From contig JAOPTT010000012.1 in assembly GCA_051531975.1 (NCBI GenBank), positions 64,001-128,000 on the forward strand: DNA of 64,000 nucleotides, written 5' to 3'. This document shows, in pieces, positions 30,375 through 39,544 of this stretch. The notes beneath the pieces were generated by a model, which made no database searches, was not told where the DNA came from, and saw only the letters and a list, made by a program, of their open reading frames with translations. Each line of letters opens with the position of its first letter. Within the stretch, counting starts at the first letter, position 1. The translations under genes were made by a program, and so were the position numbers. The DNA is from Spirochaetaceae bacterium (GTDB lineage: Bacteria; Spirochaetota; Spirochaetia; DSM-2461).

Positions 30375-31645
30375 TAGAAAAGAAATGATCCTTCATCAAT
30401 TGAATTAAAGTTCTCTTTGGATTTTTCTTTATACTTTATATCCCACTTTTCCCCAAATACCTCTAACTGGGAATCTTCATTACCTGTTGTCGTTATTTTT
30501 TGAAGAAATTCTAATATTTCCTTTTTAATACTATCTTTTTCAATATCATCTAATGGTTTTCCTACATTACCTGAATCAGTTAGTTGTACTTCGATATATT
30601 TTAAGAAATCAACAATATGGCCAGCTTCTTGGCTTGTTACATCTTGATATTGTAAATTACCTAGTGACTGTTTTAGGTTATTATTCAGATGACCGGAAAC
30701 ATCGTGTAAGTTATTTATAACGCCTCTTAAAGATACTGTGGATTTATCAAGTATTCCTTCAAATGGTTTAATTTTTTTATACATATTATTAACACTCAAT
30801 GTAACGTCGGATAATTTATGAGTTAATTCCTGTTTTAAAGCTTCTATCGTATTTAATGTATGCTGTATTTTCTCATTTGTTGATTTGGCAAATAGAGTTG
30901 TCTTATCAGCAAACTTTGTAATGTCACTACCTAAAACTTTAAAACCACCACTATCTTTTATTCTAGCAGCTTCAATTCTTACATTTATAGAAATAACTTT
31001 AACCTGTTCTGCTAGATCCTCGATATCTTTTGTTGTTTTACTTATTGTATTAAAACTTTCCATAGAAACATTAACAAAATTTTCTGTTAATTTACTCATG
31101 CTTTCTAATGTAGGAATAAAGTTACTAAAATCCTTATTAATTTCTTTAGAAGAATTAAGTATATATCCTAAATTATCGGAACCATTAGAATCAAAAACCG
31201 ATTCCATTGATTTTTCAGAATCAAATATTACATGTTCATTTTCTTTCCAAATTTCTTCAAACTGGTCAAATACTTTTTTTAGTGTTTCTTCTTCAAATGT
31301 TTGTGTGCTTTTTGAAAGTGCTTCAATTATAGGTATACTAGATTGAAGGTAAAAAAACTTTTTAGATAATGATCTTATATGATCATTACATGATATGATT
31401 TTATCCTCATATTTTTTATTTGTATCATCGGCTGTTTTAATTTCTTCAGTTGTATCAATTTTTATTTGTGGTGTTTCGACATTATCTGTTGAAATAGTAG
31501 TTTTTTTTGCCGCAAAAATATTATATATTATTAAAAAAATTAGAAATAATGAGTTTATATAAGGTAATAATTCTTTTAAACCTATTATAAAGATAGAAAT
31601 TATGTTAATTATCAAAACTATTGTTATTATTAAATATTTTTTCAT
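30374..31645 (-). CDS. Degenerate MCP-like protein with CheZ-like DxxxQ motif
   Basis: Two adjacent N-terminal TMs; divergent hairpin tip QVKVISINVRIEAARIKDSGGFKVLG; LQYQDVTSQ; acidic/aromatic C-terminus DEGSFLF. Confidence 0.7.
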   Translation of the reverse strand: MKKYLIITIVLIINIISIFIIGLKELLPYINSLFLIFLIIYNIFAAKKTTISTDNVETPQIKIDTTEEIKTADDTNKKYEDKIISCNDHIRSLSKKFFYLQSSIPIIEALSKSTQTFEEETLKKVFDQFEEIWKENEHVIFDSEKSMESVFDSNGSDNLGYILNSSKEINKDFSNFIPTLESMSKLTENFVNVSMESFNTISKTTKDIEDLAEQVKVISINVRIEAARIKDSGGFKVLGSDITKFADKTTLFAKSTNEKIQHTLNTIEALKQELTHKLSDVTLSVNNMYKKIKPFEGILDKSTVSLRGVINNLHDVSGHLNNNLKQSLGNLQYQDVTSQEAGHIVDFLKYIEVQLTDSGNVGKPLDDIEKDSIKKEILEFLQKITTTGNEDSQLEVFGEKWDIKYKEKSKENFNSIDEGSFLF

Positions 31646-31687
31646 ACTTAATTATAATCAGATTTAGTTTATATAACAAGCATTGTA

Positions 31688-33193
31688 TTAAATATTTATA
31701 TACAAACCTTCAGTCTTTATTTTATCTACAAAATTATTAAATTTATCGGATGTTTCTAGATTAAAATATTCTAAAACTGAGCTACACATAGAACTATATT
31801 TACTCTCTCCGTCTAAATATAGAGTTATTTCATTACCTAAATAGACACAGAATGTTATGATTCTATACTGTTCTGGAACTTCTAGAGGTCTATGGTGATA
31901 AAGAATTGCATTAACATACTTGCTTGGGAAATCCCATTTTTGGGTCAGTTTAGAACCAATAATAGAATGATTCAAACCTTCAACTAAATTATCTAATACA
32001 TCTGTAGGTATCTTTCTATCGAGGCATATTTTATTAAGTTTATCGGATAATGTTGAGTTTAATGAGTTGACAACTATTTTGCCAATATCATGCATTAATG
32101 CTGCAACATATATATCTTCTGAGAAATCATCTAATTTCCTAAAATGTGCTAGGTAACTTGAAATTAGAGCAACTTGGAAAAGGTGTTCTTTGTAATAATT
32201 TATCTTTTTAAGATTGTATCTACTCTCTAAAGATTTAAGCATACCATAATTGTACAAAATTGCATTTAGACCAACAATACCAATTTTTTTTACAGCAATT
32301 GAAACCTTATCAATTTTATCATTAAGTCTGTAAACCGGGGAATTTACTAACCTTAGTACTTCTGTAGTTAGAGATGGATCAGATAATATATAATCAGTAA
32401 TTCGGTTATAATCCCATTCTGGATCTTCTAACTCTTGCTGAAGTCTTAAAAGGCTATCAGGGAATTGTGGAAGTGTATTTATCTCCTTAATTAATTCGTT
32501 AGATAATTCTAGACTTTTTTTATCGGTTACATCTTCAAATGGAATAGATAAAGTTGTAACTGTTTGATCATCTTTAGATTCTATGGAAATAGATTTAGAA
32601 GAAATACCAATTTTTTTTAGCATAAGAATAATTAATACTATTCCAAAGCCAGGTTTTTCAGATATTTTTGGATCTTTAGCAAATACTTGATTTATATTTG
32701 TAAATTGATTTGCAAATTCGGTACTCTCGTTAATACATTCAAACTCTTTTTGAATTAGAGCACAATTTGTAATTATTGAAAGATGAAGAGTATTATGAAC
32801 TACACTAAGAGATACTTTAATAGAGATTTTATCATCTTTATAGTTATTTGTTTCCACATATTTGTTATAATATTGACTATTATCAATTTCTTTTAAACCT
32901 TTTAAATAATCTGCCTCATCATTTATATCGAGATTATTATGAGTAAAATAAGTTCTTTTTATATTTGCTTTTGATGCGTTACAAACGAGTTTATTTATTA
33001 TGTAAGATAATCGTAGATTTAACTTCTCTTGGGATACGTTTTTTAGTAATCTAGATGTTACTCTTGCAATTAATAGTTCAGATACTCTGTTATGGTACGG
33101 CAATACACAAGAGTACTCATTTTTATTCTCTAAACCTTCAATTATATTTTCAATATCATCTTCTTTAAAATAACTATAAAATATTCTACCCAT
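31688..33193 (-). CDS. HDOD domain protein with N-terminal HATPase-like region
   Basis: LPQFP, DPSLTTEVLRLVNSP, MHDIGK, HSIIG...W...ILYHH. ATG at 33193 overlaps the cyclase stop (TAATG). Confidence 0.85.
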   Translation of the reverse strand: MGRIFYSYFKEDDIENIIEGLENKNEYSCVLPYHNRVSELLIARVTSRLLKNVSQEKLNLRLSYIINKLVCNASKANIKRTYFTHNNLDINDEADYLKGLKEIDNSQYYNKYVETNNYKDDKISIKVSLSVVHNTLHLSIITNCALIQKEFECINESTEFANQFTNINQVFAKDPKISEKPGFGIVLIILMLKKIGISSKSISIESKDDQTVTTLSIPFEDVTDKKSLELSNELIKEINTLPQFPDSLLRLQQELEDPEWDYNRITDYILSDPSLTTEVLRLVNSPVYRLNDKIDKVSIAVKKIGIVGLNAILYNYGMLKSLESRYNLKKINYYKEHLFQVALISSYLAHFRKLDDFSEDIYVAALMHDIGKIVVNSLNSTLSDKLNKICLDRKIPTDVLDNLVEGLNHSIIGSKLTQKWDFPSKYVNAILYHHRPLEVPEQYRIITFCVYLGNEITLYLDGESKYSSMCSSVLEYFNLETSDKFNNFVDKIKTEGLYINI

Positions 33194-34440
33194 TATATAC
33201 AAACCCTATTTTTCCCCGAAGTTTTTGCTTCATATAGTTTCTTATCGGCATTATTTATCATATTTTCAAGACTATCTTTTTTATCGAAGCTTAAACCTAT
33301 ACTGACACTAATGTTAACTTTTTCATTTCCCAGAATAATAACTTTATTAAAAATTCTCTGTCTTAAAGCATCAAAGAAGTTAAAAGCTCTCTCAGGGTCT
33401 AAGTCATTCCCTATAATTAAAAATTCTTCACCACCATATCTTATTGCTAAATCTGATTTTCTAATAGATTCTTTGAGTTCATGGGATATCTCTTTTAAAA
33501 CCAGATCCCCACAATCGTGACCATAAGTATCGTTTACAGCTTTAAAATCATCAATATCTATCATTGCTGTAACTAAATGTAGATTATGTCTTACAGCATT
33601 TTCAAAGAATAGTGGACCAGTCTCTTTTAAAAAGTGTCTATTATTTAGCTTTGTTAGTTGGTCAACAATAGCCAAGTTTTTAATCTCTTGAAAATACTCA
33701 ACTATTTTAAGATTTTGAGTAATTCTACAATATAGAAGTTCACTAATAAATGGTTTATTTAAAAAGTCATTAGCACCTGACTTAATAAATTGTACTTTTA
33801 ATGTATGGTTACCTTGGGCAGAGATTCCAATAATGGCTAATCTATCTATAGGGTAACTTTTCCTAATTTTTGAAGTTAATTCTAAACCATCTAATTTAGG
33901 CATTATATAATCGGTGATTACAAGTTGTATTTTATTATAATTATCATTTAAAACTTCAATCGCCTCTAAACCATTTGTAGCTTCATATATTTTATATTTA
34001 TGAATATGTAACAGCTCTTTTAAATGATCCCTAGATTCCTTAGATTCATCTACTACTAATATTCCTGTATTAGGATTATTGAAATATCGTCGAATAACAT
34101 CTATCAATGAATCTGAAGTATGATGGTGGCCTTTTAAAATATAATCGATTACTTTAAGGTTCCATATTTTTTCTTGTATATCATGGGTGATGGAGTTCGC
34201 TAATAATACCGTAGGAATTTTGTGTTTAAAACACAGATCTAATGATAACGGACCACCATCTTGAGGTAATTCAAAGTCTAATATAGCCATATCAATATTT
34301 GAATAATCAATATTTGCTTCTAATAGTAGATCTATAGACCTATACCATAATACTTGGAAGCCTAAGATAGTCTCAATTTTCTGTTTTATTGCTCTTCCAA
34401 AGAAGTCACTATTTTCTAATAGCAGAATTCGATTGCCCAT
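33193..34440 (-). CDS. REC-REC-GGDEF diguanylate cyclase (PleD-like)
   Basis: ILDFELP and ITDYIMP receivers; DIDDFKAVNDTYGHDCGD; I-site RKSD five residues before GGEEF. Confidence 0.92.
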   Translation of the reverse strand: MGNRILLLENSDFFGRAIKQKIETILGFQVLWYRSIDLLLEANIDYSNIDMAILDFELPQDGGPLSLDLCFKHKIPTVLLANSITHDIQEKIWNLKVIDYILKGHHHTSDSLIDVIRRYFNNPNTGILVVDESKESRDHLKELLHIHKYKIYEATNGLEAIEVLNDNYNKIQLVITDYIMPKLDGLELTSKIRKSYPIDRLAIIGISAQGNHTLKVQFIKSGANDFLNKPFISELLYCRITQNLKIVEYFQEIKNLAIVDQLTKLNNRHFLKETGPLFFENAVRHNLHLVTAMIDIDDFKAVNDTYGHDCGDLVLKEISHELKESIRKSDLAIRYGGEEFLIIGNDLDPERAFNFFDALRQRIFNKVIILGNEKVNISVSIGLSFDKKDSLENMINNADKKLYEAKTSGKNRVCI

Positions 34441-34477
34441 AAAATAATTATAGGTTATTTTTTATAGCTTTTCAATA

Positions 34478-34506
34478 TTGACGAACTTTTATTGTCTTAG
34501 TATAGT
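34478..34506 (+). promoter_or_regulatory. sigma70 promoter for the leader/aminotransferase unit
   Basis: TTGACG (34478-34483), 17 bp, TATAGT (34501-34506). Confidence 0.7.
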
Positions 34507-34512
34507 TTTTAT

Positions 34513-34590
34513 ATGGTTAAAACGTTTTTAGTACAGATTAATTTCTCAGCAGAAGCCACAACATTAGATGTTGCTGTGGTAGAGAATTAA
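34513..34590 (+). CDS. Putative 25-aa attenuator leader peptide MVKTFLVQINFSAEATTLDVAVVEN
   Basis: ATG begins 7 nt past the -10 box (leaderless position); ORF overlaps helix 1:2 and ends 22 nt before the terminator. Confidence 0.62.
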   Translation: MVKTFLVQINFSAEATTLDVAVVEN

Positions 34591-34612
34591 TTGTTTTAGT
34601 AGACGATAATTG

Positions 34613-34643
34613 AAGCCACAGTCAGATGACTGTGGCTTTTTTT
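34613..34643 (+). terminator. Attenuator terminator upstream of the aminotransferase
   Basis: AAGCCACAGTC-agat-GACTGTGGCTT followed by a T run, lying between the promoter and the CDS. Confidence 0.85.
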
Positions 34644-34676
34644 ATACCAAGGATTCTGACTGAAAAGGAGATTTTT

Positions 34677-35972
34677 ATGAGAAGAACAATATTACATGAG
34701 GGTGCAAGCCAATTAACCTACGAAATACGTGAAATTGTTAAGATTGCTAGAGTAATAGAATCTAAAGGCCAGAGTATTTCTTGGGAAAATATTGGAGATC
34801 CACTACAAAAAGGTGAAACTGTAGCTCCTTGGATTATAGAAGAAGTAACTAAAGTTGCCTCAGAGAGTATTAGTTATGGTTATACTGATAGTCAAGGTGA
34901 CTTAGATACTAGAGAATTTATAGCCAAAGAAATAAATAACAGAGCTGATGATGTAACCGTTGGTATGGATGATATCGTATTTTTTAATGGACTTGGTGAT
35001 GCTATTAGTAAGGTTTATAGCTATTTAAAAAGAGAAGCTAGAATATTAGGACCATCACCAGCATATTCAACTCACTCATCTGCAGAAGCTGCTCATTCAG
35101 GTTATGAGCACTTAACATATAAATTAGATCCAAATAACTCTTGGTATCCTGACTTAGAGGACCTAGAAAATAAAGTAAAATATAATGACTCAATTGCTGG
35201 TTTGTTAATAATTAATCCAGATAATCCAACTGGAGCTGTGTATACTAAAGAAATATTAAAATCTATGGTTGATATAGCACAAAAGTATGATCTATTTATT
35301 ATCTGCGATGAAACATATGCAAATGTAACATTCCCAGGTAGTCATTGGACATTTTTAAGTTCTGTAATTAAAAAAGTACCAGCAATGTCTATGAGGAGTT
35401 TATCTAAAGAACTTCCATGGCCAGGAGCAAGATGTGGTTGGATCGAGGTATATAATAGGGATGTAGATGAAGAGTTCAATCTGTATATCGAATCTATTAT
35501 ATCTGCTAAACGTTTAGAGGTATGCTCAACAACTCTACCTCAACTTGTATTACCTAAGATTATGGGGGATTCAAGATACCCTCAACATATATTAGATAGA
35601 TCAAAGAAATTTTCCGATAGAGCAGATGAGGCATGGAATCTCTTATCAAAAATCAAAGGGATTAACTGTGTAAAACCAAAAGGTGCACTTTATATGACTG
35701 TTCTTTTTGATTCATTACCAGAAGAAAGTACATTGGATATAAAAGACAACGGTATAAAAAATTATATAGAAGCTGCAGTTAGGGGTATAAAGGCAGATAA
35801 ACGATTTGTTTATTACCTTTTAGCTGCTACAGGAATCTGTGTTGTTCCCATCTCTGGTTTTTATTCTGATCTTCAGGGATTTAGATTTACTCTCCTAGAA
35901 GAAAATGATGATAAAAGAGCCTGGATATATAAAACCTTAGCAGAATCTATATTTCAGTATCTTAAAAAATAG
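34677..35972 (+). CDS. Class I/II PLP aminotransferase, AlaA/AlaT-like
   Basis: YEIR...NIGDP, INPDNPTGAVY, CDETY, SLSKELPWPGARCGW (PLP Lys). Start ATG 34677 after AAGGAG; the track's 34626 start lies inside the terminator. Confidence 0.85.
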   Translation: MRRTILHEGASQLTYEIREIVKIARVIESKGQSISWENIGDPLQKGETVAPWIIEEVTKVASESISYGYTDSQGDLDTREFIAKEINNRADDVTVGMDDIVFFNGLGDAISKVYSYLKREARILGPSPAYSTHSSAEAAHSGYEHLTYKLDPNNSWYPDLEDLENKVKYNDSIAGLLIINPDNPTGAVYTKEILKSMVDIAQKYDLFIICDETYANVTFPGSHWTFLSSVIKKVPAMSMRSLSKELPWPGARCGWIEVYNRDVDEEFNLYIESIISAKRLEVCSTTLPQLVLPKIMGDSRYPQHILDRSKKFSDRADEAWNLLSKIKGINCVKPKGALYMTVLFDSLPEESTLDIKDNGIKNYIEAAVRGIKADKRFVYYLLAATGICVVPISGFYSDLQGFRFTLLEENDDKRAWIYKTLAESIFQYLKK

Positions 35973-36015
35973 AAATTGTTGTGTCAAAAAGTTTATTCAA
36001 CTACAATAATAAGTA

Positions 36016-36516
36016 ATGTTTAAAAGAACAAAATTCATTTCAATATCTGCTGTAGTACTAATTTCTATTATTATTACAGCAGTAATTATCAATTCTCCAT
36101 ATTATCCCGGTTTTGAATCCGGGTTACACTATCTATCTCCCGACTTAAGTGAATATAGAGCAGCAATTAGAGATAGTGTATTTCTATCTAGAGAGTCTGA
36201 TGTTAAAATAGTTTTTGAAAAGAAAAATATCTATATCTCATACGATAGAGAGCAGTTTTATAGTTTTATAAATAGTGTTGTTATTCAAGTTTGGAATGAG
36301 ACTGAATATTTCTCATTTAATAGAGATGATTTAGATTATAAGGGCGACTATGTAGAGGACTTTCAACTTAACATAGGCTCATTAAAGGGAACTGGGAAAT
36401 ATAATATATATATTAAATCTGACAATGCTATTAATGCCACCTATAATATTGGAGTTGGTATAGGTAATGAATCTAAATTTATTCCTATTGGAAAAAATGT
36501 CCGTGATTTTTATTAA
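36016..36516 (+). CDS. Hypothetical membrane-anchored/exported protein
   Basis: N-terminal hydrophobic segment; no motif recognised. Confidence 0.6.
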   Translation: MFKRTKFISISAVVLISIIITAVIINSPYYPGFESGLHYLSPDLSEYRAAIRDSVFLSRESDVKIVFEKKNIYISYDREQFYSFINSVVIQVWNETEYFSFNRDDLDYKGDYVEDFQLNIGSLKGTGKYNIYIKSDNAINATYNIGVGIGNESKFIPIGKNVRDFY

Positions 36517-36525
36517 GGGGTTTTG

Positions 36526-37458
36526 ATGGCGCTTCAGAAATATCAAATAGATAAGGATTATCAGTTATTAGCTCTTATGAGTATAACTATTCACGAAGAG
36601 AAGAGTATTAGAATCAGTAATGCTCTTTTAAATCGGGTAAATTTTCTACATGTTGATAGTGATATAAGTGCTCAGAAAATATCGATTTCTAGTTTTGATG
36701 GAGAGTTTATAGACCTCTATATTTATAAACCTAAACATGTTTTGGAAGATCTACCTTGTATGGTTTATTATCATGGAGGAGGATTTTTTTTAAAAGGTGA
36801 TGCATTGTCTCCTAAAATACTCTCCGAATATGTTAGATATGCCAATATTGTTATTGTTTATGTAGATTATAGACTTTCATTGGATTATCCATATCCAACT
36901 CCATTAAAGGACTGTTATTCAGGGTTAGAGTGGGTGTTTAAAAATGATCGCTTTTTAGGTATTAATCCAAATAAGATAATAGTTACTGGATTTAGTGCAG
37001 GAGGTGCATTAGCTGCTGGTGTAACTCTAATGGCAAGGGATAAGAAAGGTCCAGATATAAAAGTTCAGGCCTTAATTTCCCCAGTAACTGACCATAGACA
37101 GATAACACATTCTGTTAATAGTTATACAGATACTCCCAATTGGAATAGTTTAAGCAATAAACATATGTGGGAGCTATATCTAAGGGATTTAGAACTAGAT
37201 TCGGTACCATATTATGCATCTCCAGGAACTGCTACTTCTTATATTGGGTTACCACCTGCATATATAGAGCTTGCTCAGTTTGATCCACTACACGATGAGG
37301 GATATAATTATGCAAATAGTTTAAAAAAAGCTGGTGTTGATACACTACTTAATGATACTAAAGGCTCTATTCATATGTCATCTATTCATATGAAATCAAA
37401 AAAAACACAAAATAATATGAAATTAATGCTAGATTTTATTAAAGGATATGTTAAATGA
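36526..37458 (+). CDS. HSL-family esterase/lipase
   Basis: YYHGGGF, VDYRLS, GFSAGG, DPLHDEG, His in GSIH. Confidence 0.88.
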   Translation: MALQKYQIDKDYQLLALMSITIHEEKSIRISNALLNRVNFLHVDSDISAQKISISSFDGEFIDLYIYKPKHVLEDLPCMVYYHGGGFFLKGDALSPKILSEYVRYANIVIVYVDYRLSLDYPYPTPLKDCYSGLEWVFKNDRFLGINPNKIIVTGFSAGGALAAGVTLMARDKKGPDIKVQALISPVTDHRQITHSVNSYTDTPNWNSLSNKHMWELYLRDLELDSVPYYASPGTATSYIGLPPAYIELAQFDPLHDEGYNYANSLKKAGVDTLLNDTKGSIHMSSIHMKSKKTQNNMKLMLDFIKGYVK

Positions 37459-38402
37459 GAGAGATAGAAACATGGGCCCAGAAGATTAAAGAAAATGTTG
37501 GTTTAGTTTTTTATGGTAAAGATGAAGTAATTGAAAAAATATTAACAAGTTTACTATGTGGTGGGCATGTACTGTTAGAAGATGTTCCAGGTTTAGGAAA
37601 AACTATTTTAGCTAGAGCTGTATCTGTTAGTTTAGGTGGTATTTTTAACAGGATTCAAGCCACACCTGATCTACTGCCAAATGACGTATTAGGTCTTTCT
37701 ATTTATAGTCCTAAAGAGGAAAAATTTAAATTTACCCCAGGGCCTATAAATGGAAATATCGTTTTAGTTGATGAGATTAATAGAGCCACACCTAGAACAC
37801 AATCAGCATTTCTAGAGGCGATGGCAGAATACCAGATCTCAATAGATGGGGAAGTTAGACCATTACCAGACCCATTCTTTTTAATTGCTACAGAGAATCC
37901 AACAGAGTTTGAAGGGACTTTTCCTCTGCCTGAAGCACAGAAAGATCGGTTTTTTATGACTATAAACATAGGGTATCCATCTAGAGAGGCTGAGGGACAG
38001 ATCTTGGAAAGTCATAGACGATTAACCCATCCAATTACTGATTTAAAATCAGTTTCTAATTTAGACGAGTTAATAAAATTTAAAGAAACAGTTGTAAATA
38101 TACATGTAGATGATGATGTAAAAAATTACATTTTAGATTTAGTTAAAGCAACAAGAGAGAGTAACTATTTCCAATTAGGAGTATCTCCTAGAGGTTCTTT
38201 AGCCCTGTATAAAGGTGGACAAGCTTTCTCTGCATTAAAAGGCCGAGATTATGTTACTCCAGATGATATAAAAACTATTTTTTTACCAATTATGTTACAA
38301 AGGGTAATTTTAAAATCAGAGTTTTTAATAAAAGGTGTTAGTGTTAAGGATGCCTTAGATAGTACTTTCAATAGTGTAAAAGTACCTCCTTTGAGTGACT
38401 AG
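37455..38402 (+). CDS. MoxR family AAA+ ATPase
   Basis: HVLLEDVPGLGKT, RIQATPDLLP, VDEINRATPRTQSA, TFPLPEAQKDRF, SPRG. Confidence 0.93.
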   Translation: MREIETWAQKIKENVGLVFYGKDEVIEKILTSLLCGGHVLLEDVPGLGKTILARAVSVSLGGIFNRIQATPDLLPNDVLGLSIYSPKEEKFKFTPGPINGNIVLVDEINRATPRTQSAFLEAMAEYQISIDGEVRPLPDPFFLIATENPTEFEGTFPLPEAQKDRFFMTINIGYPSREAEGQILESHRRLTHPITDLKSVSNLDELIKFKETVVNIHVDDDVKNYILDLVKATRESNYFQLGVSPRGSLALYKGGQAFSALKGRDYVTPDDIKTIFLPIMLQRVILKSEFLIKGVSVKDALDSTFNSVKVPPLSD

Positions 38403-39544
38403 TGGTTAAAGTCAATAAATTATTATTAATCATAGCAATAATTTCAGCTCTATTATATCCATTTTGGATAGTTCAAGTTATATCTATAACAATAATATTA
38501 ACCTATCTATTTGCTTTTATAATTTCAAGATATATGTTTAATAATGTTTTTGCCAGCAGAGAGAGGACAATCTATTATTGTCAAAATGGCCAAGTTGAAC
38601 ATAGTGATTTTACAATTTTAAATAGAGGTTTTATTCCACTTGATAATATTCTAATAACTGATAGAGGATCTGGTTGTTATAATAATGGAATAGGTGAGTT
38701 CTTAGATACAATCCCTGGTAAACAAAGTAGCCAATTTATAAATATATTAAATACTGGTATTAGAGGAAGCCATAAAATTGGTCCTATTATTGTAAAAGGT
38801 AGCGATCCACTTAATTTCTTTCCATGGACTAAAACTTTAGAAGTATATTGTGAGGTTATTATATACCCTAGGTTTCATGATATTAGGCTTTTATTAACAC
38901 AGGGTGAGAGAGGTGGTAAGCAGAGAGTAAAAAATCCTCTATACGAAGATCTATCAGATCTTAAATCTATGCGGGAATTTAGACGTGGTGATTCTTTAAA
39001 AAGGGTTAACTGGAAGGCTACTGCAAAGGTTGGAGTATTACAGATCATGGAATTTTCTAATACCTTAAGTGCCCCTTTATTTATATTAATGGACATAGAT
39101 CCAGAAAATTATCCTATAAAACATAGATATACATATTTAGAGAGAACAATAGAGGCAGCAGCTTCTTTAACTACAAGTTATTCTGATAAATCAGAAGCTA
39201 TAGGTCTGATTACCCATGATAAATCTGGTACAATTCTTATTCCACAAAGCAGAGGATATTCCCATACTGTCTCTGTATTAGAACATTTAGCTAAAATTGA
39301 TTTCGAAAAACATCATGAAGTAAATATTATAGACCTATTTTTTGAACAGAAAATATCACTACCCCAAGGGTCACATTTTTATATTTTGACACCTACAATT
39401 ACAGTAGAACTAATTCAGAAATTACAGTTATTAAAAAGAAAATATATTGTTAAAATAGTTATAACTGGTGGTGGAGTTTCTATTATGTCTGCAAATATTG
39501 AATGTTATACCCTTACTTCCTATGGAAAGGAGTATTTTGAATGA
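38402..39544 (+). CDS. DUF58 domain protein
   Basis: MREFRRGDSLKRVNWKATAK; SDPLNFF...IYP; follows moxR. Confidence 0.88.
   Translation: MVKVNKLLLIIAIISALLYPFWIVQVISITIILTYLFAFIISRYMFNNVFASRERTIYYCQNGQVEHSDFTILNRGFIPLDNILITDRGSGCYNNGIGEFLDTIPGKQSSQFINILNTGIRGSHKIGPIIVKGSDPLNFFPWTKTLEVYCEVIIYPRFHDIRLLLTQGERGGKQRVKNPLYEDLSDLKSMREFRRGDSLKRVNWKATAKVGVLQIMEFSNTLSAPLFILMDIDPENYPIKHRYTYLERTIEAAASLTTSYSDKSEAIGLITHDKSGTILIPQSRGYSHTVSVLEHLAKIDFEKHHEVNIIDLFFEQKISLPQGSHFYILTPTITVELIQKLQLLKRKYIVKIVITGGGVSIMSANIECYTLTSYGKEYFE

Noticed and set aside
34626..34676. Longer track starts (34626; also 18423, 41533, 42251, 44147, 44175, 57103, 58307, 63249)
   Set aside because: They fall in terminators, neighbouring genes or promoters; downstream starts have better SDs or family-typical N-termini.
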